Assembly: GCA_021852275.1 (NCBI GenBank)
Contig: JAJZNX010000025.1
Coordinates: 65,705-129,704 of the forward strand
Reading direction: 5' to 3'
Length of the DNA stretch: 64,000 nt
Origin: Planctomycetota bacterium
GTDB taxonomy: Bacteria > Planctomycetota > Phycisphaerae > WQYP01
The translations under genes were made by a program, and so were the position numbers. Shown here one piece after another: positions 1 through 10,728 of this stretch; within the stretch, counting starts at the first letter, position 1; every line of letters begins with the position of its first letter. The notes under the pieces were generated by a model. It did not search any database. It was not told where the DNA came from and saw nothing but the letters and a program-made list of their open reading frames with translations.

Positions 1-1257
1 GTTATTCATGCGCTGCTAAGTCGGCATGATATGCTTTTGTTGGGCTTGCGCGGCCAGGCAAAAACCCGGATTTTACGAATGCTGCCGGACCTGCTCGATG
101 AATGGATACCGGTGCTGACGGGCTGCGAACTGCCGGAAGACCCCATCCACCCCAAGTTGGCCATGGGTCGGCGAATCATTTCCGAACAAGGAGACGATGC
201 ACCTGTAGAATGGCTGCATCGCAGTCACCGTTATCACGAAAAATTAGCCACGCCGGATGTTACCATTGCCGATTTAATCGGCGAAATCGACCTGGTGCGC
301 CACGCTCAGGGTCGCTATCTTTCCGATGAAACCACCATGCACTTCGGCCTGATTCCGCGCACTAACCGCGGTATTTTCGCCATTAACGAACTGCCCGATC
401 TGGCTCCGAAAATTCAGGTAGGCCTTTTTAATGTGCTGGAAGAACGCGATGTGCAGATACGCGGCTATCCCATTCGGCTGGAAATTGATGTGTGCATGGT
501 ATTTTCGGCCAATCCCGAAGATTACACCAATCGTGGGCGCATTGTTACGCCACTCAAGGATCGTATCGGTTCGGTAATCCGCACGCATTACCCGCATCGT
601 CTGGCCGAAGCCATTGAAATCACACGTGATAACGCCTGGCTGGAGCGAAATGCCGACGTCCATGTTGAAATCCCCCCCTTCATGCTGGAACTGATGGAGG
701 AATTCGTATCCCTGGCCCGCATCAGTCCTCATATCAACCAGGCCAGCGGTGTGAGCGTGCGCTGTTCGATTGCCAATATTGAAAATCTGGTTTCCAGTGC
801 GGAACGCCGTGGCATTGTTCTAAGTGAAAACCACGTTGTTGCGCGGATGGACGACCTGACTTTTATTAACGCCAGTTGCCGCGGAAAAATAGAATTATTG
901 CTGGCCGAAGGCGATGAGGCGGAAGATAAGCTGATTGCGGCACTGCTGGGTGAAGCGGTGAAAAAAGTGTTCAATCGACACGCGGAACTGGAAGATTACA
1001 CCGAATTGGTACAGCAATTCAAGGGGGGCTTGACGCTGCAAGTCGGCGATGACGTTTCCACCGCACTTTTAGCGGAAAACTATGGCTTGGTAAAAGGCTT
1101 GAAGGCAGCAACCACCAGGCTGGCGGAGAAACTTGGCCTGAAGACGGTGGATGCGGCGATGCTGGTTTCAGTGGGCGAATTTCTACTTGAAGCACTTTAT
1201 GTGAACAATCGATTAAGTAAAGTGGTGGCTCCGGGAAAGACCTTTTTTCGAAAATAA
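1..1257 (+). CDS. Mg-chelatase-like AAA+ ATPase (ChlI/BchI family), 5' end truncated by window start
   Basis: The frame is open to position 1. A Walker-A-like GLRGQAKT sits at the N-terminus. The protein carries the BchI-like sensor region FGLIPRTNRGIFAINELPDL...LFNVLEERDVQIRG. The true start lies upstream of the window. Confidence 0.6.
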   Translation, partial: VIHALLSRHDMLLLGLRGQAKTRILRMLPDLLDEWIPVLTGCELPEDPIHPKLAMGRRIISEQGDDAPVEWLHRSHRYHEKLATPDVTIADLIGEIDLVRHAQGRYLSDETTMHFGLIPRTNRGIFAINELPDLAPKIQVGLFNVLEERDVQIRGYPIRLEIDVCMVFSANPEDYTNRGRIVTPLKDRIGSVIRTHYPHRLAEAIEITRDNAWLERNADVHVEIPPFMLELMEEFVSLARISPHINQASGVSVRCSIANIENLVSSAERRGIVLSENHVVARMDDLTFINASCRGKIELLLAEGDEAEDKLIAALLGEAVKKVFNRHAELEDYTELVQQFKGGLTLQVGDDVSTALLAENYGLVKGLKAATTRLAEKLGLKTVDAAMLVSVGEFLLEALYVNNRLSKVVAPGKTFFRK

Positions 1258-1454
1258 GGGTGTGGCGAAATCAACTTGATCGTGTTGGTAGCTGGTTGAA
1301 TAGAGTTTTGGGCATGGCCTGCCAAGAAGGTACGACCGGCTGAACTGACAGCGGCTGGGCGAAACTCTCAGGCTGCTTATTATCTTCAGGCGAAACTTCA
1401 CCAAAAGCTAATACTTTTCCATTATAATTTTAAGGCTGGCAGTGCCGGTTACGG

Positions 1455-4229
1455 ATGATGCTGGAGTCTGTGATGAAAAAACACGCTCACCTGGTCTGGG
1501 TAAATCGACCGCATAATGGGGCAAGAGACCATACAAAGCAGCGGATTGGTATCGGAGCAGCATTGGTCATCTCATTGCTGGTCCTTGCATCCAGCCGCGC
1601 TGCAATCCCACTGCATATCCTACCGGATTCACGTATCATCATGCCGGTTGGCCAGGTGCAATCAACTCCCAATTTTGCTATCGGTGTGGCCCGAATCCAT
1701 AAAACACTTTTGGTGGAATGTGGAGGTGCAGCATCAGCACAATCCTTGCTGGCCATGAATGCACACACCATGGCCGTTACGGATCATGTCGATTTTGTGA
1801 AAGGCGCAGTCTCGGCGGGCCCAGAAAATAAAATCGACCGTCAAAGCCTGTTTCAGGGTATGGCTGCCGGGCCGGACGGGGTGGTGTATCTGGCCGGAGG
1901 GGTCAGCGACAATGTACTGGCTCTGCGTGTTACCGGCGGCAAACTTCATTTGTTGCGTCGCTTTCCACTGGTGTGGCAACCATTTCCCGCGAATCAATAT
2001 CCCTACCAATATCAATCCCGGCACGTCAAGCCGTACCATTTTTACCCTGATTCCGTGGCCGCAGGATCGACCGATCACCACATTTTTGTTACGGGACTGC
2101 TTTCCAACAGCGTTGCGCGGATTAACCTGCGTACCGGCCATACAGTTTATGCCAATGCCGGCTCGGTACCATTTGCCGTGGTTACCGCAGATCACGGCCG
2201 CAGAATTGTCGTAAGTGACTGGGGCGGGGACAACGTTACCGTACTAAGCGCTGACACGATGAAACCGCTGGGATCGCTGGCCGTCGGGCCACCGACCGGG
2301 CCGCATAATCGCCATGCCGGCGTGCATCCAACCGCACTGGTTGCCGACCCCCATTCCAGCGTTGTGTGGGTGGCCTGTGCCAATAACGACACAATCGTAG
2401 CCGTCAACGTTCGGCGGCTGACCATAGTCCGGCGTATCAACGATGCCCCCTACCAGAACGCCCCACCGGGATCTTATCCAGACGGTCTGGCTCTCTGGCG
2501 GCATCAATTATATGTGGCCAATGCGGGCAATGATGATGTGGCCGTCTACAACACCCACACGGGGCACCGTCTGGGCCTTATTCCCACCGGATGGTATCCC
2601 TCCGCTGTGTGTATCGGTCATACGGCTTTATACGTAGCCTGTGCCAAAGGTCTTGGATCTACCGCGAATCCTAATTATCAATGGGTTGGCGCGTCGATGC
2701 CGGGAACGGTACAGCGCATCTCCCTGGCCGAAATTGCCGGCCACCTCTCAGGTTGGACTGCCAAAGCCCTGCACAATAACGGCTTTTCCCGTGGGCAGCG
2801 GGCCCGCCGCGCCGTCCAAAATCATCAGGCTGCGGTGGCCCTGCGAAAGCGTATCCATCATGTAGTTTTTATTTTGCGCGAAAACAAGACCTTTGATGAG
2901 GATTTCGGCACCTATGGGCGCGCAGGCCATTGGGCGGATCCACATCTGGATTTGTACAATGGCCAGGACCTGCCCAATCTCTATGCCCTGGCCAACCGCT
3001 ATGGATTAATGGTCAATTACTATGTAGATGGCGAAGTAACTGCCCAGGGCCACCAGTGGACCACCGCGGCCTCAGATTCCGACTGGGTACAGCGCACCTG
3101 GCCCATGTATTATTCCGGCCGCGGCATTACGCCGAACCCTGGCTGGACCCAAAGCCTGGCGGACCGCCATGTTGTGGGAGCTGCCACCGGGTTTGTCGGC
3201 ACAGATAACCCGTATACGGTCTATGAGAATCTATCCAAGCTCGGAGCATATTCCAACCCCTGGATTTCCTACCCAGGCGGACTATTTTTATTCAATGACC
3301 TGCTGGCCCATCACGTATCGTTTATGGATTTCGGAGAATTTGTTTCACGCGATGAAGCCGGTGAAATATCCCAGGCTATGAAACAGCACCTTGGGACCAC
3401 ATTTCCCGGTTGGAATCGCTACATTCTTGATACCTGGCGTGTGGGACGTATTTTAGGCTGGCTCAAGAATTCCAGGCATACCATGCCGCGACTGATGTAC
3501 GTATGGCTGCCGGATGATCATACCGCCGGACGGACTCCAGGCTATTACACGCCCGCTTATTATGTTGCTAATAACGATCTGGCCACAGGCGAACTGGTGG
3601 CGGCACTAAGCCGTATGCCTCAATGGAAACACACTCTTATTTTCATCACCGAAGATGATGCGCAATCCGGTGCGGATCATATTGATGCCCATCGATCCCT
3701 GGCTTTGGTAGTCAGTCCATGGGTAAAAAAGGGCCTGCTGATTACGCAGCGCTATTCTCAGGTGGATATCATGCGTACGATGGAAGCTGCGGAAAAGGTG
3801 CCGCCCATGTCCCAATGGGATGCCAATGCCCGCGTACTTGCCGGCATCTGGACACGCCATCCCGATTTTGCCCCTTTTACGATTCAACCCATTCGAATTC
3901 CGATGGCATTAAATCCCGGCAAGGCAACCCATATTCAGTGGCTGCGGCGTAAAGCCGGCCGGAAGGGCCATTGGCTTTCACCGTGGTGGCTGGCCCAGCA
4001 TGGAAAATTGGGCATCCGTTCATTGGCTCTTCCAGTGAATAAAGAAAACGCATACACACCTACCACACTGCTGAAGGTGCCCGGTCCGGAGCAGATGCGT
4101 CAGGAATGGATTGCCACCAAGGGCGTATCCTCTTACCGGCACGTGATGGCCTATCTGCGAAACTACGCCCGGCTGCATCATCAGCCATTGAGTCATTATC
4201 TGGCCACGGCCGACGATGGCGACAAATAG
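1455..4229 (+). CDS. secreted YVTN/YncE-type beta-propeller fused to a C-terminal phosphoesterase domain (phospholipase C / acid phosphatase family)
   Basis: The N-terminus is hydrophobic. Repeated ~40-aa YVTN-like blades are present (YLAGGVSDNVLALRV, YVANAGNDDVAVYNT, VVWVACANNDTIVAVNV). The C-terminal half carries the phosphoesterase motifs HVVFILRENKTFDEDFG and FITEDDAQSGADHIDAHRS. Confidence 0.7.
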   Translation: MMLESVMKKHAHLVWVNRPHNGARDHTKQRIGIGAALVISLLVLASSRAAIPLHILPDSRIIMPVGQVQSTPNFAIGVARIHKTLLVECGGAASAQSLLAMNAHTMAVTDHVDFVKGAVSAGPENKIDRQSLFQGMAAGPDGVVYLAGGVSDNVLALRVTGGKLHLLRRFPLVWQPFPANQYPYQYQSRHVKPYHFYPDSVAAGSTDHHIFVTGLLSNSVARINLRTGHTVYANAGSVPFAVVTADHGRRIVVSDWGGDNVTVLSADTMKPLGSLAVGPPTGPHNRHAGVHPTALVADPHSSVVWVACANNDTIVAVNVRRLTIVRRINDAPYQNAPPGSYPDGLALWRHQLYVANAGNDDVAVYNTHTGHRLGLIPTGWYPSAVCIGHTALYVACAKGLGSTANPNYQWVGASMPGTVQRISLAEIAGHLSGWTAKALHNNGFSRGQRARRAVQNHQAAVALRKRIHHVVFILRENKTFDEDFGTYGRAGHWADPHLDLYNGQDLPNLYALANRYGLMVNYYVDGEVTAQGHQWTTAASDSDWVQRTWPMYYSGRGITPNPGWTQSLADRHVVGAATGFVGTDNPYTVYENLSKLGAYSNPWISYPGGLFLFNDLLAHHVSFMDFGEFVSRDEAGEISQAMKQHLGTTFPGWNRYILDTWRVGRILGWLKNSRHTMPRLMYVWLPDDHTAGRTPGYYTPAYYVANNDLATGELVAALSRMPQWKHTLIFITEDDAQSGADHIDAHRSLALVVSPWVKKGLLITQRYSQVDIMRTMEAAEKVPPMSQWDANARVLAGIWTRHPDFAPFTIQPIRIPMALNPGKATHIQWLRRKAGRKGHWLSPWWLAQHGKLGIRSLALPVNKENAYTPTTLLKVPGPEQMRQEWIATKGVSSYRHVMAYLRNYARLHHQPLSHYLATADDGDK

Positions 4230-4248
4230 GCGATTCAGGTAAAACAAT

Positions 4249-5688
4249 TTGGACCCAGATTATGGTAAACACTTTGGAACTTTTGGCATGAGTACATTGC
4301 TGGATCAGATAGACCAGGCCACCATGACCAGGCTGCATCGGCGCCTCGCATGGTCTGCGGGGCTGGGCATCTTTCTGGATGGCTATGATATTATGATTAT
4401 CGGTGCGGTGCTGCTTTTGCTAAAAAAGCAGTGGCATCTGGATGCCCATGCCGTAGGCTATTTGGGCAGCGCCGCCCTGGCCGGAGCGTTCGCCGGAGCG
4501 TTGATCGGTGGCCGCATTGCCGATCGCTTTGGCCGGAAAGCAATTTATCTTATTGATCTTCTCACCTTTTTTCTGGCGGCCATTCTGTGTGCCTCGGCTT
4601 GGAACATCGCATCACTGGTGGCGTTTCGATTTTTGCTTGGTGTGGGTATCGGGGCAGATTATCCCCTTAGCGCCACCTACATGGCTGAGTTTATGCCCAC
4701 GGTAAAGCGCGGCGGCGTCATCACCTGGACGTTCGGCCTGTGGACTGCGGGGGCGATTTTCGCAGGCTTGGTGGGCTTCGCGTTGGTCCATCTGGGACCG
4801 TGGGCGTGGCGGCTGATGTTTTTAGTTGGGGCCGCGCCAGCACTACTGGTGGTGTGGTTGCGGCAAAGCCTTCCGGAATCGCCACGATGGTATTTACGTC
4901 GCGGCCAGGTGGAACAAGCCACAAGCGTTCTTAGGCAACTTGTTCCGAATCTGCCGGCTGCAGAGGTTTCTGACATTCTCGTAGAACAAAGACGGAAAGT
5001 TAACATTCCCAACACCCCGGTGCGTGTATTGTTTGGGCGGCGTTTCCTGCGGGCCACTCTGTTCGTCTGTATACCGTGGTTTATCATGGACCTGGTGGGT
5101 TACTACTTAACCATTTATATTCCACAAATATTGGGGCATTTAGGTTTTCACGGGTCGCCGAGCAAACTGCTGGGCAGCATGATTTTAAGTGCCAGTTTTC
5201 TCATCGGCTATGTTCCTCTGGCACTGCTGGTAGACCGGATCGGACGGGTGTGGCCGCAGATTATTGGCTTTGTCGGTGGTGGCATCGGATTGGCAATTGT
5301 CGGCCTGACCGCCCTGCAATCCCCCACCAAAATCGTCATGCACTCAGGCATGATGAAGCACGTAGCAATTTTCAGCACGACGGCAATTGTCATCATGTTT
5401 GCCGGCATGCTTGTATCCCAGATTCTCAACAGCTTTGGTCCTGGTAACACCACTTATCTTCTGGCAGCGGAGGTCTATCCGACCGATGTGCGAGCCACCG
5501 GCCACGGCTTTGCCACGGCCTTTTCACGTTTGGGAGCGGTTGCCAGCACCTTCTTTCTGCCGGTCATTGAATATCACATTGGCACGCCGGTATTAATGCT
5601 ATGGCTGGCTGGAGGCAGCATTTTTGGCGGCGTGCTCACCTGGCTATTGCGCGTGGAAACCACCTGCCAACCTCTGATACAGGAATGA
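4249..5688 (+). CDS. MFS transporter, sugar-porter-like
   Basis: 12-TM hydropathy pattern. The MFS signature GRIADRFGRKAIY follows TM2. An alternative start lies at 4288. Confidence 0.75.
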   Translation: MDPDYGKHFGTFGMSTLLDQIDQATMTRLHRRLAWSAGLGIFLDGYDIMIIGAVLLLLKKQWHLDAHAVGYLGSAALAGAFAGALIGGRIADRFGRKAIYLIDLLTFFLAAILCASAWNIASLVAFRFLLGVGIGADYPLSATYMAEFMPTVKRGGVITWTFGLWTAGAIFAGLVGFALVHLGPWAWRLMFLVGAAPALLVVWLRQSLPESPRWYLRRGQVEQATSVLRQLVPNLPAAEVSDILVEQRRKVNIPNTPVRVLFGRRFLRATLFVCIPWFIMDLVGYYLTIYIPQILGHLGFHGSPSKLLGSMILSASFLIGYVPLALLVDRIGRVWPQIIGFVGGGIGLAIVGLTALQSPTKIVMHSGMMKHVAIFSTTAIVIMFAGMLVSQILNSFGPGNTTYLLAAEVYPTDVRATGHGFATAFSRLGAVASTFFLPVIEYHIGTPVLMLWLAGGSIFGGVLTWLLRVETTCQPLIQE

Positions 5689-5790
5689 CTGCCTGGACAA
5701 GCATGTTCGCCTGACTCCATGAACAAGTGGGCATAGGGGGCTAAACTCCCATTGGGCCATTGAGCCACCGGCGACCAAATACGGTTTCCC

Positions 5791-6885
5791 ATGTATAATT
5801 TGGCCCGTATGAGAGTACCTGTTCGAAAACATATTGCGTTAATGCACGGTTACACACCCGGCGAACAACCCGCGGACGTTTCGGTGGTTAAGCTCAACAC
5901 CAACGAAAATCCGTATCCACCCTCTCCGCGTGTGCTATCCGCCATTGGCAACATTACGGCAGAACAACTGCGGCGCTACCCCAGCCCGGATGCCAGAGAT
6001 TTCCGCCAGGCGGCCGCAGCAGTTCACCACGTCGAACCAGACATGATTATGCCCACCAACGGTGGTGATGAGCTTCTCGCTCTGGTCGTGCGGGCCTGCG
6101 CCGGTGAAAATGACCGCGTGGCCTACCTGGACCCTGGTTATTCTCTTTACCCGGTATTAGCTAATATGCAGGCCGCTACACCCATGCCCGTGGCGTACGA
6201 AATTTGCGGCCAGGAATGGCGGGTTCCCAAGAATCTTGGAGACATCAACGCTGCGGTACTACTTATTGTCAACCCGAACGCCCCCTCCGGTACACTTATT
6301 GATCTGGCCATGTTGGAAGATATTGCCAGACGCTTTTCTGGTTTACTGCTGATTGATGAAGCTTATGTTGATTTCGCCCCCGTCAGTGCGATCCCTCTGG
6401 TGAAGCGTTTTTCGAACCTGGTTCTGCTACGATCCATGTCCAAGGGCTACGGCCTGGCTGGAATGCGTTTTGGCTATGGCATTGCGCAGGCTCCGCTGAT
6501 CGCCGAACTTTATAAAGTTCGCGACAGTTACCCCTGCGATGTTATTTCCATCACTGCGGCCACCGCCGCCATCGGCGATCAGGCCTATGCCCAATCCGTC
6601 TGGAAAAAAGTTATTGAGCAGCGGCAATGCTTGACCAGCCAACTTGTGGCTCTGGGCTTTGGCGTGCCGGAAAGCTATACCAATTTTGTGCTGGCTCAGG
6701 TACCCGCAGGGATGGATGCTGCCATTTTGTATCAACAACTCAAGGCCCGCAATATTTTGGTACGATATTTTAATCTGCCACGGTTAACCGATAAACTGCG
6801 CATCACGATTGGTACACCGCAACAGAATAAAATTCTCATGCAAGCTCTGGCGGAACTGTGTGGCAGAGAAAAATCGCCGGCATAA
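5791..6885 (+). CDS. hisC: histidinol-phosphate aminotransferase
   Basis: N-terminal LNTNENPYPPSP motif. The PLP-lysine region SMSKGYGLAGMRFGY is present. Length 364 aa. Confidence 0.88.
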   Translation: MYNLARMRVPVRKHIALMHGYTPGEQPADVSVVKLNTNENPYPPSPRVLSAIGNITAEQLRRYPSPDARDFRQAAAAVHHVEPDMIMPTNGGDELLALVVRACAGENDRVAYLDPGYSLYPVLANMQAATPMPVAYEICGQEWRVPKNLGDINAAVLLIVNPNAPSGTLIDLAMLEDIARRFSGLLLIDEAYVDFAPVSAIPLVKRFSNLVLLRSMSKGYGLAGMRFGYGIAQAPLIAELYKVRDSYPCDVISITAATAAIGDQAYAQSVWKKVIEQRQCLTSQLVALGFGVPESYTNFVLAQVPAGMDAAILYQQLKARNILVRYFNLPRLTDKLRITIGTPQQNKILMQALAELCGREKSPA

Positions 6886-6926
6886 GGCCGCCTGGTCCAT
6901 CGCACCTTTATGAAAAGGATTCGCTT

Positions 6927-7535
6927 ATGAGTAAGAATATGGTTTCCACCCAACGCCGCGTCACGCTTACCCGAAAAACACGGGAAACAGATATTACTCT
7001 TAGCTTGAATCTGGACGGCATGGGCCTGGTTAATATCGCTACCGGTGTGGGCTTTTTTGACCACATGCTGCATCACCTGGCCCGGCACGGCATGTTTGAT
7101 CTGACCGTACAGGCTACCGGCGATCTGCATATTGATGCCCATCACACCGTGGAGGATGTAGCTTTGGTACTGGGTACGGCCATTGAAAAAGCCTTGGGAG
7201 AAAAAAAAGGCATTTCCCGTTATGGCTGGGCCAGCGTACCCATGGAAGATACCCTGGCCAACGTAGCCCTTGATCTTTCCGGTAGACCGGCATTTATCTT
7301 TAAAGTTGAATTCCCCACGCCGAAAATTGGTGATTTCGATGTGGAATTGGTAGCGGAGGCTTTGCGATCGCTCACCAACACGGCCAAAATGAATCTACAC
7401 GTTAATGTGCCTTACGGTACCAACAGCCATCATGTGGCGGAAGCCATTTTCAAGGCGTTGGCTAAATCGCTTCGGCAGGCCGTGTCCATAGATCCGCGAT
7501 CCAATCAAATTCCCAGCACCAAGGGCGTGCTCTAA
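6927..7535 (+). CDS. hisB: imidazoleglycerol-phosphate dehydratase
   Basis: IGPD motifs GVGFFDHMLHHLARHG and DAHHTVEDVALVLG. The start was chosen at MSKNM, after the hisC stop. Confidence 0.88.
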   Translation: MSKNMVSTQRRVTLTRKTRETDITLSLNLDGMGLVNIATGVGFFDHMLHHLARHGMFDLTVQATGDLHIDAHHTVEDVALVLGTAIEKALGEKKGISRYGWASVPMEDTLANVALDLSGRPAFIFKVEFPTPKIGDFDVELVAEALRSLTNTAKMNLHVNVPYGTNSHHVAEAIFKALAKSLRQAVSIDPRSNQIPSTKGVL

Positions 7536-7566
7536 CTCCCGGACCAGCCAGCCGCCATCGTGGAGT

Positions 7567-8280
7567 TTATGTCCCGCCCCACGATTTCACGATAGCCACG
7601 CTGGCTGAACAACCAAGGCGATCGGCCCCCGCTTCCAACATCGCGTGCGCCGTGGCGGCATCACGTATTCCGCCGGCGGCTTTCACACGCATTTGTCGAG
7701 CGTGGGCTTTTAACAATCGCACCGCTTCCACAGTTGCACCGCCCGAGGGATGGAAGCCAGTGCTGGTTTTCACAAAATCAGCACCCCCTTCGAAAGCCGC
7801 CCGGCATCCCAGCGCAATTTGCTCTGGTGTGAGTAAGGCGGTTTCCAGAATCACCTTCACCACAATGCCTTCTCTTGTCGCCCGCGCGGTCTCAACTACC
7901 GCCCGCACATCCGCCCGCGCAGTTGCCAAATCACCCGCTATAACCGCCGGTAGAAAAATCACCATGTCAATTTCCTGCGCGCCATCAGTAATACACTCTC
8001 TGGTCTCATACGCCTTGCCGGCACCGCTGATGACTCCAAAAGGGAAGCCCACACAGGCACACACTGCAATCCGCGTAGTTTCATCGGCCGCTTCCCTTTT
8101 TACACCCGCTGCAGAAAGCAACCCAGCCGCAAGTTTTACCCAGCGGGGATTGATGCACACGCAGGCAAATTGATACTCCAATGCCTCCGCCACCAGGGAC
8201 CGAATTTGTGCCTCCCCAGCCTCGGGCTTAAGCAATGTATGGTCAATACGTCTGGCAAGTTGTCGGTGAGTGTACATCAA
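7567..8280 (-). CDS. deoC: deoxyribose-phosphate aldolase
   Basis: DeoC TIM-barrel motifs VKVILETALLT and GADFVKTSTGF, which contains the Schiff-base Lys. Confidence 0.85.
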   Translation of the reverse strand: MMYTHRQLARRIDHTLLKPEAGEAQIRSLVAEALEYQFACVCINPRWVKLAAGLLSAAGVKREAADETTRIAVCACVGFPFGVISGAGKAYETRECITDGAQEIDMVIFLPAVIAGDLATARADVRAVVETARATREGIVVKVILETALLTPEQIALGCRAAFEGGADFVKTSTGFHPSGGATVEAVRLLKAHARQMRVKAAGGIRDAATAHAMLEAGADRLGCSASVAIVKSWGGT

Positions 8281-8755
8281 AATTCTCCAGAACCATCATC
8301 AGCACCATAACACGATCATAAGAAACATGGAACGTGCGTCAATTTAATCTACTGGTGTCCTGCGCCCTAAAATAACGTCGGTAGCGTATACTCCCAAAAA
8401 ATCAGCGCGATGCTAAGGTAGTTTTTTGTCCTGGTATTCGATGTAATGTTATGTTGGTAAAGTCCCGATGAATGTCGGAATCAGTTGACGTCTCAGTTCA
8501 AGGCCAAGGTGTTAATGGAGGCGATGAAGGGGCGGTGTGGAAAAGCCAGAATGCCCGCTGGGAACTCCTGCGGGCCAACCACTTGGCTAACATTCTTGCC
8601 AAGACAAGAAAAATGGCAGCATCAACTGTTACAGGCCCCGGACAAACCAGCGTAAAGTTTCGCCACTGGAATATCCGTACCGAACCGGTAAACTATTGCG
8701 ACTGTGGGCGTGCGACTTGAAGAGATGAATGGCTCGCCTCGGTCGGGCTGCGGAA

Positions 8756-9139
8756 ATGAATATGCTGTTAACCTTGCTTAGATGCAAAATTCATGGGGCG
8801 ATCGTTACCCAAGCCAATCGCGATTACGTTGGCAGTATCACGATAGATCGTGATCTTTTGACCCAAAGTGGACTGCTGGCCAACGAAAAAGTGTTGGTAG
8901 TCGATATCAATAATGGTGTGCGTTTCGAGACCTATGTTATCGTTGGTGCCGCGGGTACGGGCATCATAGGCATCAACGGAGCGGCAGCTCATCTGGTGAA
9001 GCCGGGCGAAAAACTCATCATTATGGCATTTGCCATGATGACTCCGGAAGAGGCAGCCAGCCACGAAGCCAACGTGCTGATTGTAGATGGTGGTAATAAG
9101 CCGGTGAAAGCTTTTCGGCTTTCCGGCAACAATCAATAA
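8756..9139 (+). CDS. panD: aspartate 1-decarboxylase
   Basis: MLLTLLRCKIHGAIVTQANRDYVGSITIDRDLL carries the Gly-Ser pyruvoyl-forming site. Length about 125 aa. Confidence 0.88.
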   Translation: MNMLLTLLRCKIHGAIVTQANRDYVGSITIDRDLLTQSGLLANEKVLVVDINNGVRFETYVIVGAAGTGIIGINGAAAHLVKPGEKLIIMAFAMMTPEEAASHEANVLIVDGGNKPVKAFRLSGNNQ

Positions 9140-9177
9140 CTACTCTTCTGGAGAGGGAGTTACAATGCCGCGCAAAA

Positions 9178-10728
9178 ATGAAAATATGCCGGGCATTCTG
9201 TCGCAGGCATCGCAGCGGTCTGTATTCTGGTGGTCCTCAAAAATGGAGCAATGGTTTTAACATGATATTTAATTCAAGCAAAGTCGTAACGCAAAAATAT
9301 TTCATTGGGGGGCGATTTGGCGCTGGCCTGACCGGTACAGTTACTCTGCGACTCCTGGTGGCGGCAACCTGTATATTCCTGCTTTCCACGTTATCCGGAT
9401 GCTCCACGGCCTGGAATATACATGCCGGTCCATCATCCCGGGTAAGCCGGGCTCTTTCGCTGGTTTCACCGGCAGTCGTCCGGATTGATGTAGTCATGCG
9501 AACCTTTAACAATGGCGTGCCGGAATCCTTTCGGGCCATTGGCAGTGGCGTCATCATCGATCGTCAGGGTCAGGTGCTGACCAATTTTCACGTTGCCGGC
9601 AGGGCTCGTCGCATCGAAATAACCCTGGCCGATCAGGGACACGTTCATGGGAAACTCATCGGATCTGATCATTGGACGGATTTGGCATTGGTGCAGATGG
9701 ACATGAAGGAAATTACCGCCAAACATCTGAGCTTCCGATGGGCCAAACTTGGTAATTCTTCCCGGGTACAGTTGGGCGAACCCGTCATGGCGTTGGGCAC
9801 GCCTTACGGCCTTGCCCGTACTGTTACCCGCGGCATCATTTCCAATACCGACCGCTACTTCAATGCCAGCACCATCGACGGTTATGAAACCGGCTGGTTC
9901 AACAACTGGTTGCAAACCGATGCGGGAATAAATCCCGGCAATTCCGGAGGTCCGTTGATCAATCTTAAAGGCCAAGTCATAGGGATTAACACTCGCGGCG
10001 ATCCTACCGCTACAGATCTGGGATTTGCCATACCTATCAATGTTGCCAAGTCGGTCATTCCATCGCTGCTTAAATATCATCATGTAATCCGCAGCTATAT
10101 TGGTGTCGAGTTACAACCTCTGCGCGACCTGAACCGTTTTTATAAAATCAGCGGCCACGCCGGCGTCTTGATCCGCTCGGTTGATCCCAATTCACCGGCA
10201 GCAGGCGCTGGTCTGCAGCCGCAGGATATATTGCTTTCCGTCAACGGCCATCCTACCAATTGCCGCTTTCCGGAGCAGCTTGCGGCCATCCGCCGATTTA
10301 TTGCAGAGCAGAAAGTACATTCCACGCTTACCCTCCTTATTGACCGACCGGTTTCCGGTTCCCGTGGAAAATTGCTGGATATCACCCTGAAAACGCAGCG
10401 ACTGGAAAGCGCCGTTTCCCCGCAACACGGCATTGAAGGTTGGGGTATCGCAGTACGCAACCTCACCAAGCCTTTCCTTCGTAACCAGCGGCTACCCATG
10501 ATTCAAGGAGTTCTGGTAACCGGGGTGCGATCAAGCTCGCCCGCGGACAATGCAGATCTTCAAGCCGGCGATATCATCGAGCGTGTGAATGGCATTGCCA
10601 TCAAAGGCAGTCGGCAACTTCAAACCATGGTTAAAGTTCTAAGAAAAAAGAAACAGTCTGCCGCGGTGCTTATCCGTCGTGGCCGCAGTGAAAGAACTCT
10701 GGTCATCAGTTTTTCGTCTACAAGATAA
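9178..10728 (+). CDS. HtrA/DegP-family periplasmic serine protease with two PDZ domains
   Basis: The catalytic triad is in context (TNFHVAG, DLALVQMD, GNSGGPLIN). Two PDZ domains are present (GVLIRSVDPNSPAAGAGLQPQDILLSVNG and GVLVTGVRSSSPADNADLQAGDIIERVNG). The signal peptide suggests the start may be 9262. Confidence 0.85.
   Translation: MKICRAFCRRHRSGLYSGGPQKWSNGFNMIFNSSKVVTQKYFIGGRFGAGLTGTVTLRLLVAATCIFLLSTLSGCSTAWNIHAGPSSRVSRALSLVSPAVVRIDVVMRTFNNGVPESFRAIGSGVIIDRQGQVLTNFHVAGRARRIEITLADQGHVHGKLIGSDHWTDLALVQMDMKEITAKHLSFRWAKLGNSSRVQLGEPVMALGTPYGLARTVTRGIISNTDRYFNASTIDGYETGWFNNWLQTDAGINPGNSGGPLINLKGQVIGINTRGDPTATDLGFAIPINVAKSVIPSLLKYHHVIRSYIGVELQPLRDLNRFYKISGHAGVLIRSVDPNSPAAGAGLQPQDILLSVNGHPTNCRFPEQLAAIRRFIAEQKVHSTLTLLIDRPVSGSRGKLLDITLKTQRLESAVSPQHGIEGWGIAVRNLTKPFLRNQRLPMIQGVLVTGVRSSSPADNADLQAGDIIERVNGIAIKGSRQLQTMVKVLRKKKQSAAVLIRRGRSERTLVISFSSTR

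Noticed and set aside
8472-8720. 82-aa ORF in the deoC-panD intergenic region
   Set aside because: There is no RBS-like context, the composition is odd, and there are no motifs. It is kept only as part of a long intergenic region worth an RNA scan.
9466-10083. 205-aa - strand ORF
   Set aside because: It is antisense to the HtrA protease gene.
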